From NCBI RefSeq assembly GCF_964355755.1, contig NC_092671.1, forward strand, positions 17,484,001 through 17,548,000: a DNA stretch of 64,000 nt, given 5' to 3'. Under the pieces are notes generated by a model. That model was not told the origin of the DNA. It searched no databases and was given only the letters and a program-made list of their open reading frames with translations. The DNA comes from Antedon mediterranea (Eukaryota; Animalia; Echinodermata). Both the position numbers and the translations under genes were made by a program. This document shows positions 54,901 to 62,873 of this stretch, piece after piece (within the stretch, counting starts at the first letter, position 1; each line of letters opens with the position of its first letter).

Positions 54901-56780
54901 GGAGCAAGTCACAGGTTAGTATTTGTTACAGGAGGAGTGGAGTTGTGGCTTGGTGGTTATGAAGCTTGGCTACCACTCCAAGGGTCCTGGGTTCAAGTCC
55001 CATCACAACTCCGGACAAAGACTCCCAAAGACTTGTAATAAGACTTTGTTTATGCAGAACATCTTGTGTATATGTTTGTCTTGTGAACCTCTGAGGGTCC
55101 CTAATGATCAGCAATTGCTGGATGGATGGATCACCCTCATGAAAATATGGTAAAAAAACAATATGAAAAGGGGGAAGACAGGCTCTTAGCCATATTAGTG
55201 TTTCTTGACAACTTATTTTGTGGTATTTGTTGTTTTTAGCATTAAAGAATTTGATTTGATACAATGTTCAGGAAATTTCTGCAGTTACTAATAATATAAT
55301 AATGATATAGCGCCATTCCGATCGTCACACTGTGGACTTAGATGTTACACTTTTCAACTACATGCTTCTCGCCTAAGCTTAAGATAGGCTGTGTCAACTA
55401 CTGTAGTACACCAGGGAACCCCTTATTGTCTCGAAAGATGTACTAGGTTCTTTAAAGTGCACACAAGCATTTTGTGTAAACTGGACCTACACTTTATACT
55501 TAAGTTCTACTTTTAGAACCATTTAGATATGTACCTTTATGAATTGTATTTCATTTAATTCACCTATTATTTCTTCATTCAGATGAAAAACTGACATGTA
55601 GTGAACCAAACTTCAGCGGATTGATTGCTGCATTGCAGTTGGTCCAAAAAGGAAATGTACTTATAAAACTAGAGGCAACTACACAACTACTTCATATTCT
55701 GTATACAAACAAAGCCTGTAGGTCAGACATAGCCAAGGAAACAGGCTGGCAAGACGTCATCACCAAACTATATGCAAAATCTGGTCAAATTGAAATCAAA
55801 TGCGAAGACATTGATGACGTTGACCTATTAGATTTCACAGATGATGATGTTTCAGATAATAAGTCACGCGTGTCCGTCACCAGCGAAAACCTCAGTACAG
55901 AAAAATCTTCAAATCAAACTAAAGATCTACTAGATACAGGGTTGAGCAGTAACATCTCTAGCGCTCATAATTCCGTACCAGAGCTTTCAGAAATATCTTC
56001 AATATCAAGTGATAACCGGTTGGCACCACCTAAAGCCGAGTCGGTCCAGTATGATTCAGAATACGTTGAAGTTGGTTCACGTAGTGGTAGCTTCCAAACT
56101 GAGGACGCAATGCTTTCCATGTTTTACAATCAAAGGTTTAATAAGCCTTTAAGGAAGTCAGACTTACGGCTGTCCTTACAGAGCGAGGAGGATGAAGATG
56201 AAGATTATTCTGAAGACGATTCAGAAGTTGATAAAACTGGACAAGTTTTGGCTGACACAATAACAGAAATTCTCTTTCATGTTCTTTGGAATGGCTTTCA
56301 AGGATCATCAGAGGAGGTCTGGTGTGTAAGTACCTCACATATATAATTAATTATCATATGTTGAAACAACAATTGAGATCAAAGTCAAATGGCTACAGTG
56401 GCATATCGCTAGGGTAAAAGGTCTCTGGTTTAGCACTCCAAAGGGGCCTTCTCATACTCTAGGGCCATAAGCTCTAAAGCTCTAAAGCTCCCAATAGACC
56501 CAAGCATTCCAAACACATAATTTAAGTTTATTTAATACAGGAACGTGGCCAGGTCTTTGTCTGTATTAACCAATTGATGGAGAAATGTGATCTCATTCGT
56601 CCTGGTATTGTCATAAAACGGAACCTCATAGAGAAGATGTTAGAGGGCGCTGTCAATAATGCTAAGCATGGAAATCTAGACAGTGCAACTGAAATGGAGA
56701 ACGGATTAAGACTTGTAAAACTTGTGCAAGATTTTCTGTTTGGGGAAGATGGAGAAAGTCCAAACGCTTGGAGTGAAAAG
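15922..56780 (+). CDS. NBEAL1: Neurobeachin-like protein (NBEAL1/NBEAL2 orthologue), first 27 coding exons (~1516 aa); 3' part beyond the window
   Basis: Exons 15922-15978, 20255-20346, 30171-30332, 31093-31174, 33365-33483, 38670-38743, 39373-39461, 39771-39953, 41091-41181, 43435-43541, 44248-44430, 45916-46159, 46695-46900, 47538-47668, 47915-48047, 48178-48297, 48603-48888, 49444-49622, 50027-50186, 50873-51006, 52205-52361, 52687-52789, 53417-53576, 54213-54371, 54761-54914, 55583-56325, 56541-56780. All GT-AG and phase-consistent (4548 nt). NBEAL-type segments: FYQLWLLF, MYDPFHTWR, SVEFVPFFY, SPAT, ConA-like KWPGHGFSFHAWLCLD, INCIGGVQVLFP, LLFDFRIW. The PH-BEACH-WD40 part is not in the window. 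Confidence 0.93.
16210..16591. mobile_element. Non-autonomous DNA transposon with imperfect TIRs and an internal minisatellite
   Basis: CAGTCAAGTCACCCCATCGCAAA ... TTTGCAATGGGATGACTTGACTAG. Confidence 0.65.
16466..16554. repeat. 16-bp tandem repeat ACTTTGTATTAGGGCC x5.5
   Basis: Perfect head-to-tail copies. Confidence 0.95.
18843..18900 (+). mobile_element. Solo relic of a DIRS left terminus
   Basis: GTCTATTTCGTGCCTAGCTTACCTGGATAAACCGACA versus GTCTATATCGTGCCTAGCTTACCTGGATAAACCAACA at 22838. Confidence 0.75.
19033..19502. mobile_element. PIF/Harbinger-like MITE
   Basis: ~40-bp TIR AGGGAGGTTTCGCAATCTTACGAATACGATAACGAAAACG; 3-bp TSD AAT. Confidence 0.8.
21459..22250. mobile_element. Interspersed repeat related to the 31296-31760 foldback, with an internal degenerate tRNA-like segment (~22008-22086)
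   Basis: CAGATATTGACTGCTTAGAGGTTAAATATAAGATTTGACAT...AAAGGCGATATCTGTT is shared with 31301-31455. Confidence 0.55.
22270..22476 (-). mobile_element. tRNA-derived SINE family copy (others at 37417-37670 +, 38903-39005 + and 54930-55160 +)
   Basis: Shared head GTGGAGTTGTGGCTTGGTGGTTATGATGCTTGGCTACCACTCC.AGGGTCCTGGGTT.AAGTCC and shared body. Confidence 0.8.
22854..23023 (+). repeat. DIRS left inverted terminal repeat
   Basis: Reverse complement of 27993-28162. Confidence 0.95.
23327..24856 (+). CDS. DIRS ORF1, gag-like protein (509 aa)
   Basis: N-terminal Cys/His cluster (CIKC...HLECINC..C....PCDVC), Pro/Arg-rich C-terminus, first position in the element. Confidence 0.85.
   Translation: MPKQDCIKCRGPRSTVKWDRHLECINCRMCTELSPCDVCVRWTPSKFKSLPKPKERTEAAPPSEVGAVDTAGPPVVAPEVSLPDMPAPAAASAVPGVNEFSPGLLQAIVAAVRALPRDEPEVPSQIRPPPHIPYIDVGPQQTSFFDGSSVRQRDYDSDRTMASLSDDDRDSLREQAGPGEEGLQALVMRTVPAVLSFLGVDFTYREPKHTPSSKRFSTFGVRTPFKKVSSCPVTPLDPELVERVELIAKESKIRRPMPYSLSSAFPVPQKQFELYIAAPSVPEAAKERVREDQNLDPSRTNFLKPSESRTEDVLTSVDRAARETLRAASMAGYLLSFLADPEHPPQGDSDVIALLQQIMGLVVDQQATISLSAAAARRVNVLGATDIAPTDFRRFTTSDSFGAQDLFFGSFSQKEDKWAREREARRETRARFPQKRRASNSRSGTAARPPPVPAAPQQMQPPPPPPAQPMQSQASTSRQASHPPRGMRNRGGKGATNRSGRRYYNVKRR
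24897..26879 (+). CDS. DIRS pol: reverse transcriptase, RNase H and adenine-methyltransferase-like domain
   Basis: RT motifs RPILNL, IDLKDAYFHV, LPFGLSTAP, YLDD. RNase H motifs TDAS..GWG, HINLLEL, DNTTVVAYIN, NIVADALSR. MT-like motifs VDLFA...AFPP. The frame opens at 24846. Confidence 0.95.
   Translation: MGGRLKRFSRVWETLTTDRWVLSTVTHGYRIEFSSPPVSGGARHTRIPSEPEKSQALMTGLEALLQKGAVVHVQKEQLTIPGHESTVFLAQKKSGDWRPILNLKSLNKRYIRPRRFRMETVSSILLGLRRGDWAATIDLKDAYFHVPIAQEHQSWLRFRIHDQVYQFVALPFGLSTAPRVSTRLVRTLAAFFHQHGIRVFMYLDDWLIVAQSRDQLLSSLSFVRLVTEQAGFIINEEKSCLLPSQNPLYLGAQINLVTGRACPSIERVAKARTAVLHLINAQAPTAYDWLRTLGSLASFVALVPFCRLRMRPLHLHLLAAYRPRSDSLHKVVPTNAFIISHLEWWLVEDRLLVGTPIQRSIPDVRVETDASEVGWGGHIPSPDIRVSGLWSPEETRAHINLLELWAVERSLEALLPHLANRHVLVNSDNTTVVAYINRQGGTRSPTLCCHTWTLLMWCIRHNIQLSAAHIAGRLNIVADALSRPLLRPTEWRLLPIIATQIFNHFGRPHVDLFATSGNTQLPTFCSRYRDAHAWAVDALSIPWDNLWAYAFPPISILPLVLTHIQRHQCRVLLIAPYWPRQPWFPLLLGLLYDQPLRLPIRNDLLTQGRARFALPNLISLDLTVWPLSGIVSETQAFQMVRPPSRRNPDGNPLLLSTIAD
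24929..27796 (+). CDS. DIRS ORF3 with a C-terminal tyrosine recombinase (YR domain from ~26768)
   Basis: Catalytic set R (SCKRRGEL), K (AKSQ), HxxR (HQVR), W (AAWW), Y (FTSHY), plus CPVRAL. The N-terminal ~620 codons overlap pol in another frame. Confidence 0.93.
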   Translation: MGDPDHRQMGSLHRDSRVSYRILEPSGERRCPAHEDSVRAGKESSAHDGPRSTAPERSCGACSKGTTYDPGTRIHRFPRPEKIGRLATHPKPQKSEQAVHPAPQVQDGDCLIYPVGAKTRGLGSHNRLERRVLSRAYCARTPELAALPHSRSGIPIRSSAVRPLNGPTSVYSSSENPGGVLSSTRHQSVHVLRRLVDRGPVQGPAAEQLIFCPPRDGTSRVHNKRGEVMSSPFSEPSVSRSPNKFGYGPCVPIHRACGQGKNCSATSYQCSGSDGVRLATHLGVTGQLRRPRSVLPVKDAASTSAPSGSVPPKIRLSTQGGSNECVHYLASRMVARGRQVTCGHTYTKVNSGCPCGNGRIRSRLGRSHTVSGHSRLRPLVARGDARPHQPARTLGSRALIGGSSSPSGKSPCSRQFRQHNRRGIHKQARGYTVPHAMLPHVDVANVVYKTQHPTVSGPHCGSSEHSGGRTVPSTSTSYGMASSSNNRHPDLQPLWAAPCRSVCDVRQHAAPDVLQSISGCTCVGGGCPVHTMGQPLGICLSTDFNTATGPDAHSAPSMPSPTNSAVLAQAAVVSTASGPSVRSAVTSSDSERLADAGPSSVCSTEPHIPRPDCMAIVRDRFRDSGIPDGPAALAAKSRRESTLAVYNSRLKHFFEWCKRQKTDPMKVTLGQVCAFLHYLFESGLQVRTVSGYRSALAAVIPNFKDGSTISSSPAISSLLRGMFRERPPTKALIPRWDVNVVLAALMRPPFEPLSRASLYNLTLKTAFLIALASCKRRGELHALSLEPGHIRFERGGARLVFRKDFLAKSQTLNFSPPTVFIPTIAAYSGVEEDRLWCPVRALKFYIKRTESIRVSASHLFISTVAPFRPAARSTLANWVVAAIRAGYDSTNTPPPAHMHQVRGIAASWALFAGVPLPDILQAAWWRSQSTFTSHYLSDTSANQSTVVASILKPRH
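27860..27957. repeat. DIRS internal complementary region (ICR)
   Basis: The reverse complement equals the right end (...TTGGTTTGTGT) + A + the left end (GTCTATATCGTG...), i.e. the circle junction. Confidence 0.93.
27993..28200 (-). repeat. DIRS right inverted terminal repeat plus right extension
   Basis: 27993-28162 mirrors the left ITR; 28163-28200 pairs with the ICR. Confidence 0.95.
29578..29738. mobile_element. Tc1/mariner (pogo-like) MITE; related GGGACACC...GTGTCCC fragments at ~1635, 29465, 30370, 37390, 37750 and 54480
   Basis: TA|CTGCAGAACCCCT...GGAGGGATTGCACTG|TA ends and recurrent internal motifs. Confidence 0.5.
31296..31760. repeat. Foldback element with ~160-190-bp inverted arms
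   Basis: TTATACAGATATTGACTGCTTAGAGGT...GGCGATATCTGTT is mirrored by AACAGATATCGCC...ACCTCTAAGCAGGCAATATCTGTATAA. Confidence 0.85.
31795..33020 (-). mobile_element. CR1/L2-group LINE 3' fragment, interrupted by a Rex1-like insertion
   Basis: ORF 32998-32755 (VFLYNSFN..DCP.LV..F.LNIPTRTRS...RLPNTFN) resembles a LINE ORF2 C-terminus. The tail and stem-loop at 31795-31950 resemble those at 33563-33640. Confidence 0.65.
31958..32755 (+). mobile_element. 5'-truncated Rex1/Babar-like LINE (RT C-terminal part)
   Basis: WCNENNLFLNVSKTKEMVVDFRK, FKFLG, KAQRRIYFLRRL, FYRSVIES; AATAAA followed by an (ACTTG)n tail. Confidence 0.85.
33108..33290 (+). repeat. Tandem 184-bp duplication of NBEAL exon 5 and its acceptor (frameshifted, no donor)
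   Basis: 33108-33290 matches 33292-33478. The upstream copy lacks GCAT and has no GT donor. Confidence 0.9.
33563..37130 (-). mobile_element. Degenerate CR1/L2-group LINE (AP endonuclease and RT), inserted in a MITE
   Basis: APE motifs YYQNVRS, YRPP, GDFNLP, LDLVL, SDH. RT motifs NYRP, QHGF, KAFDRV, PQGSILGP, FADD. Multiple frameshifts. Flanked by the 19-bp direct repeat TAGTGATATGCCCAAATAT (33544-33562 and 37131-37149). Confidence 0.9.
39005..39250. repeat. Interspersed repeat (second copy at ~40397-40642)
   Basis: Shared ATACTTTATTTGTTTCT...ACTGGCCGCT...GAGGGCATGGCAATAACTATAGA...GAATTGAAAGGTGCC. Confidence 0.75.
43903..44200 (+). mobile_element. tRNA-derived SINE with L2-like tail
   Basis: Degenerate tRNA head, CCACCCAGGTCTATAAAATGGGTACC core and GTAAAGCGCTT...GCGCTATAGAAAT tail. 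Confidence 0.65.
50294..50507. repeat. ~103-bp tandem duplication
   Basis: TAGTTT.GGCAAATTCATTTATACGCATACGTACCC...GTGATGAATACACGT occurs twice. Confidence 0.8.
51146..51262 (+). pseudogene. Degenerate 5S rRNA-derived sequence (head of a composite SINE)
   Basis: GGCCATACTGCGTTAAAACACTGGTTCTCGTCAGATCACCAAAGTTAAGCATCGTTGGGCCGGTT...GGATGG.AGACCG...GGGTGCTGTA matches eukaryotic 5S rRNA with many substitutions. Confidence 0.85.
51369..51645 (-). mobile_element. L2-like LINE 3' fragment
   Basis: WGDRTFSVAGPRLWNHLP...FKSLLKTHLF and an (ATTG)n tail. Confidence 0.85.
53190..53342. mobile_element. Tourist/Harbinger-like MITE family (also 62076-62203 and the split copy at 33510-33562 + 37131-37237)
   Basis: TIR GCTCTGTCTACACTATCAAACT; internal 20-bp repeats GTGATATGCCCAAATATGG. 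Confidence 0.75.
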
Positions 56781-57624
56781 GTATTTTGTTGACTTATTTA
56801 TGTTATCTGTTTTAGTTAACAATGTTATAGATAAAACAATACATTTTCCCCATTCAATAAACAATATTATAGTGGCCATACAGTACCTACAGGTAGTCTC
56901 ATTCCCTTAATGCATATTTTCTATATTAAGTTATGATACAAATATGATAGAGAATTTGATTAAATTTTACAATATACAGTACTGGTTTTTGTATATGATA
57001 TGATATATGTATTATTTATTGTACATCACTGAACTGCTTTTTTGCTGGGTAATTCCTTCAATTGTTTCTAAATTTTTGATTTTGATGTTGTATTGAATTT
57101 TTTTCCAATTTGTTCAGAAATAATAACGACAAAAATAGAACACAAGGATACATAAAATATATACAAAAAGTTACAAGCTTATAATAAACTTTATTATTAT
57201 TTCCATCTAGTCTACATAGTAAAGTAGAAAAATTCCACACATTTAACATTTCTAATGATAAGATTAGGATTATGGCCAAGAAACATGTTCAGGCATTCCG
57301 CTATTTTACAAAAATGGTATAAAAACACCTGTTTTACGTTAAAGTCTAAACACATTAAAATCGTTGGCTATAGGAGAGTGCAAAGGCTTTGGCACTACAA
57401 CTAATGAAATAATTATAGATTATGTATTTTTATTATTATTGTTGTTATAGCTTCGTCAGTAATAGAAAGGATAGACAAATGTTTAGGTTCAGATTAAATT
57501 GGGAATGATTTTAGACCAAAAATAATTATTAGATAGTACTTAGTATTTCCTACTATAGGATGAATCATATACTGTACATTTAATTAGGTTATGTTGTTTG
57601 CTATGAATTAACAAAGAATTTGGC

Positions 57625-58600
57625 CCTACGGTTTAAGTACAAACTATTGTAGACTTTTTACAGCATCTCTGTTGTGAGCATTTTTCCACCTCTTCACATC
57701 ACATTTTTACCTGCTTTATCATCTAATACACTGTAAAAGACATCAACTCCAAACGCCTGTGGATGGTTAGTGTGACATTCTTTTAGGTCTGTACTGGTTT
57801 GTGGAATATTAGAAGTGTCATAGCCAATTGTGTCTCTGTTTCTTTGGTAATATATAGCAGCTAGTGCTTTGTTTTGATGTTTCTTCTTTAGTAGATAAAG
57901 TAGTACAACTACAATAATCCCAAATATGGTAGTTGATGTTGCTAATAGTATAGTTGTTAGGTAAACATCTTTTCTTCCTTGATTGTTGTTTTGAGAACTT
58001 TTGGTTTGAGGTTGGACCTCTAATATTACTGTGTTGCACCGATTGTCTCCGGCACCGACATACAAATCTGAAATACAGTAAAAGAATATGCCATCTCCAG
58101 GTAAGAAACCGGTTAAAGTCTGACTAAATCTTATTGCAGTACTATTAACAATATGGGACTGTATATTGTTATATCTTCCTTGGATCCATCCACTTGTGAT
58201 TTCTTGTTTTTTTCTATTAATTTTACATGTGATCTGTACTTCCTGTTCCTCTACAATCTTTGGGAAAGGTTCACAGTTAACAATCCAAAAAGATTTCTTC
58301 TGTTGAAGGAATCAAATAATGTTTATTCTCAAAATCTTGACATGTGTATATTCCTACATTTTGTTGTGAATTTAAATTCATAAACAGGTTACAGTTCACT
58401 GTCTTATTGTTATCAGGATATTTTCCATCAATTTGCCCTATAAACTGTTTACTGGATGGGCATATTGCTGCTAGATAGGTATATGATCTATCAGTTGTAG
58501 AATACAACCATCCAACTGTATGTTCTGCATTAGCATTACTGACATCAAACAGACAAACTGCTACAAGAATGAGAAAATAGATTATCTGGTCATATTGCAT
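57625..58600 (-). pseudogene. Intronless Ig-superfamily-like type I membrane receptor pseudogene nested in an NBEAL intron
   Basis: Colinear with 62874-64000: ...NVGIYTCQD..KHYLIPS, a frameshift at ~58295, SFWIVNCE...VQITCKI...GWIQGRY...GDGIFFYC, a TM segment, and a tail with VFYSVL. A second frameshift at ~57700 and TAG in place of the terminal YFVL tyrosine. The membrane-proximal domain is missing. Confidence 0.8.
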
Positions 58601-59604
58601 AAATGTGTTGATGTAGTGATGAATCTCCAGTTGGAATTGTAGAAAACAATTCATGATGTGTATTTTGTATAACTTTTCATTAACATAAATTTGTAGTTCT
58701 GGTTTATAAACTGATACAAAATGAAATATTAATTCCTTATTTGTCAAAATGTACAATTAATATATTTGGCAATATTTATTAACAAAGTTTTGCATATTAT
58801 AAGTGGCTAATAGCCTAATTATCAAAATGCAGCAAATTTTTCTTTTTTAATAATGAAACCACATCAATTATATAAAATACATTCTGTAAAATGTTTTATA
58901 AATAAAGTTTTGTTGTTATTGCATATTATACGTGGCTAATAGCCTAATTATTAAAATGCAGCAAATCTTTCTTTTCCAATAATGAATCCACATTAAATTA
59001 TATTCTGGAAAATGTTTTATACCTGTAGGTCTTTAGGCAACGAAATTGCAGTTATAGTAGCTCATTATTTGCTTCATAGCACAATCCATGCCAAGCAATT
59101 AGATACACTCCATAACACTGGTCAGTATGTCCAGAAGACTGGCCAGTGTTTTCCAGAAGATTGGTCAGTATGTCCAGTATGCTAAATACATAGGAAAGTT
59201 TAAATCAGTATAAAAAGTTGCAAAGTGTACATCTTTTATAGACTAATGGTACTGTTTTAAACTTTGACATTAACCCAAATATGAAAGTTGATGTTGCTAA
59301 TACTGGCCAGTGTTTTCCAGAAGATTGGTCAGTATGTCCAGTATGCTAAATACATGGGGAAAAAAAATCAGTATATCAAAAATAAATTTAATACAGAACA
59401 TGTTATATATAAGTTGTGCACTTTACTTATACTGTTGTGTAAATGGTGAAGATGAGAAAAATCAATTAGAGTGGATACAATTTCCTCTTCTGTATTTAAT
59501 CTACCTTACCAATTATTAGGTCACATGGTTAACTCTGTCCAATCACAACATTATGGTAGAACAGCATTATAGTTCTCTTTATTAGGTGATTATATACTTT
59601 ATTA

Positions 59605-59712
59605 GCGCCCTGCAATGGTAAACTATTGACAATCAATTGAGGGTGGACCTTTAATATTACTCTGTAGCACTGATAGGCTTTTCCATTGCCGAACATTTCT
59701 GAAACACAGTAA
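59605..59712 (-). pseudogene. Fragment of another Ig-like receptor paralogue (a TM-coding scrap also at ~59270-59305)
   Basis: About 90% identical by eye to 61489-61597 (YCVSEMFGNGKAYQCYRVILKVHPQLIVNSLPLQG). Confidence 0.75.
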
Positions 59713-59983
59713 GGTGGTGTATGGCATGTTGTGCAGGTTGGGGAAGACCGGCAATATTGTCACAAAATGTATTCATGAATTTGCTCTTGCATCCAATCTA
59801 CATGGTAGATGGATGAAGCTATTGTTGTTAAAATATATATCTGTATAATATAATTTATCATTATTTCTACTTAAACCACTTTCCCCAATTTAGAGTTAAA
59901 TTTCTTGAGAGATAAATACTGATTTTTACCTTAACAGCACACGTCTGCATGCCTATTTTTGTTTTCTTTGAAAGTTCATCAAT

Positions 59984-60795
59984 GGCCCTGTTTCTGCTGC
60001 CAAAAATATACCGTATATATACGGTATATTTTATATACGGTATATTTTTTGGCAGCAGAACCGAGTCTCATAAAAATTATACAGTATATATGCGGTATAT
60101 ATACCGCATAAATATCTCCATCGTTTGTGGATATTATACGGTATATTCCAAAATATACCGTATATTTCGTACCCCGTTTCTGCTGCACTCAAAATTTACC
60201 GTATATGTGACCCGACCCATGACACGAGGTCAAAAACTAACAGAGCGTGACGCGTTTGTTTGGTTTTTCTGCTGCATTGACACACACGTGTATAAGCAAG
60301 CAACAGATTAAAATATCACTGTGGACTGAAGAAATAACTATTTTTGCAATTAAATTGTGGGGAGAAGCGAAGGTTGGGGGGAGACTGCATGGCAACAGAA
60401 GAGATACCGAGATTTACAAAAGTATCTCAAACAAAATAAAAGCAGATTATCGGCAAACACCGTCGTCGTCTTTGCATAAATCTAGTCAATGCCCATTCTA
60501 CATTTCTAGATTGTTTGTGCGATGTAAATTCGTTGCCACTTCTGCTCATTAGATTTAAAATAGAAAGCAATGCTACGACGTTTTGAGAAACCATCATTGT
60601 TTTGTTTTTGTCATGTAACCTCACTACACGAGACTCTAGGTCAATCCATACTTCCGTCTCACAAAATGTGCATTTTGGGTAATGAAAGCCAACTTTTTTA
60701 CAGCCCACCAACGAATGTGCAGTGGAAACGGTGCACAAATTTCATATACGATATATTTATACGGTATATTTGGGATTGGCCGCAGAAACAGGGCC
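59984..60795 (+). mobile_element. Non-autonomous PIF/Harbinger element with a Myb/SANT-like (trihelix) ORF remnant
   Basis: TIR GGCCCTGTTTCTGC, TSD AAT, subterminal ATATACCGTATAT repeats, and WTEEITIFAIKLWGE...RRDTEIYKSISNKI at ~60322-60440. Confidence 0.8.
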
Positions 60796-61428
60796 AATGA
60801 AATAGAAACTACTACAGTCATAACATTCATTAGTAAAGAGTATTTCTTCTTTTTACCTGTTGTGTGCATTTAGAAACTTCTATTGCCCTTGACCTCACTA
60901 CATTTGTCTGTTTGCTTTTAATGTTCATCAATGACATAAAAACTACAGTCATAACATTAAAAACATTTAATATATATGTATAATTACAATATATAATAGA
61001 TTTACATTGCTATTTTTTACTTAAGATAGTTGTGATATCTTCTTAAACATATATACTACTATGATAATTGCCAGAGATTATTTACATTTCCTTTTCTACT
61101 CAAAACCACCTTCCCCATACTTTCTGGTTTTCAGGTATTTCGGATTTGAGAGTGTAGGATTACCGTACTCAAAAAGTTATTACCAAAATGAAACCACAGA
61201 TAGTCAAGGACCACTCCATTAAATTTTGTAGGCAATCCGGACCAGGATCCCGATTCTGGACCACTTTTAGTATTATTTTCGGACCTGCTAGTGTTAAAAG
61301 ATAGGAGGAGAGAATTTTCAAAAGCTGGCGAGCAGTCTTAAAGTAAAAATAAACTGAAACTGCATTTTCTCAAGAACTACTTGTCCAAAAATCTTAATTT
61401 TTGTACAAGAGGCAAGAGTTATAATTAA

Positions 61429-61715
61429 CTAAATAATAATTTCAAAACATAATTTGTTTTTTTTGTAAAGGTTTTTGATAGTTATGCCAGCGCTTTGTAA
61501 TGGTAAACTATTGACAATCAATCGAGGGTGGACCTTTAATATTACTTTGTAGCACTGATAGGATTTTCTATTGCCGAACATTTCTGAAACACAGTAAAAG
61601 AATATACCATCTCCATGTAGGAAACCAGTCAAAAGATGACTTATTTCGGTACTATGTACACTGTGTGATTGTTTTGTATTGTACCTTCCTTGGATCCATC
61701 GCTTCTTGTTTTTTG
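61429..61715 (-). pseudogene. Truncated Ig-like receptor paralogue
   Basis: RWIQGRYNTKQSHSV...LTGFLHGDGIFFYCVSE...CYKVILKVHP aligns with the second domain of 62874-64000; no upstream domain or TM. Confidence 0.8.
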
Positions 61716-62240
61716 TTTTGTTTGCAAACAATTTAAAGGAATACAAATAGGTAATCAAAATATAATGTTCCGAAAGTATGAAGACATAAAAAAGGTGAAA
61801 AAAAATCACAAATATAAATGCACAAGAAGATGCAAGGCTGGTAAAAACTTTATTGATATTGTCCATAGTCTATATAGCAGCAGAAAAGGTAGGAAATTCC
61901 AAAATATTAACATGCATTCCAAATTCATATCTAGTGATTATTAAAAACAGTAGTTGAAAGTAATATGTACATATAACATTGTTAATTAAGAAAACCCAAA
62001 CAGCAACAGGCTGAAATATATAATATGTACAAACAATAACATTGACACAAACTTTAAGCTCTGTCTACACTATAAAACTTTATCAATATCATATGTGACA
62101 AAAAATGTGATGTGCCCATATATGGACATGATGCTTTTGTATTACTACCATATTTGGGCATATCACTTTTTTTCAAACTAGTTTAATAGTGTAGACAGAG
62201 TTTTACATTATATTCACAAATGAAGATTGCAATATGTTTA

Positions 62241-62581
62241 GAATTAATGTTCTTTGCCTCTTGTGTTAATATATATATATATATATATATATATAAACAC
62301 AACAGGCATAGAAATAAATTCCAAACCACCCGGTGATACACTGAAAATTATTTAATTAATTTTTGAAACGATAAAGATGAGGAAATCTGGGAGAATGAGA
62401 AAAAGTCGCCCCAACCGAGACTCGAACTCGGACCGCCTGCTTGATATGCAGTTGCCCTAACCATAGACCACTGGGGCTTTCATGGTATTGTTCTTTAACT
62501 CGATCGGATAACGACCCTTTAACATTCTCGGCGTGGTACGGTCGGAACACAACTAGTCCTCTGTTCGTTATATATAATTAT

Positions 62582-62617
<36 letters not shown>

Positions 62618-62635
62618 ATAATTATATATAACGAA
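62241..62635. repeat. Element with a (TA)n-centred palindrome at each end and an internal tRNA-like sequence (62408-62477, minus strand)
   Basis: Left arms GAATTAATGTTCTTTGCCTCTTGTGTT / AACACAACAGGCATAGAAATAAATTC. Right arms TTCGTTATATATAATTATCAAA / TTTGATAATTATATATAACGAA. Cloverleaf GCCCCAG...TTGGGGC with ATC anticodon. Confidence 0.75.
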
Positions 62636-62873
62636 AATGGTGTATGTACTGTATATTGGGAACGTGTGATACACATACAAGTTTGGTAAAACCATCTAAA
62701 AGCCCACAGATTCTCTGTGCCATTCACATTTCATGTCAATACATACTTTAAGCAAGGCAATCTAACAACAGGACACTGAGCTTGCCTTGCCAAGACAGGA
62801 ACAGTCCTTTGATCTTATGTCTGGCTGCTACAAATAGCAACATTACTGCTATAAGTACAGATACTGCTAATGT

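Noticed and set aside
15922-56780. LYST, NBEA or LRBA as the identity of the large gene
   Set aside because: The N-terminal segments (LWLLF, YDP..WR, VEFVPFFY, SPAT) follow the NBEAL1/2 pattern.
58770-59370. Short tandem duplications (~130 bp at 58780-59020, ~60 bp at 59140 and 59305; also 48890-48985 and 41330-41450)
   Set aside because: Ordinary local duplications in AT-rich intron sequence with no coding or structural signal.
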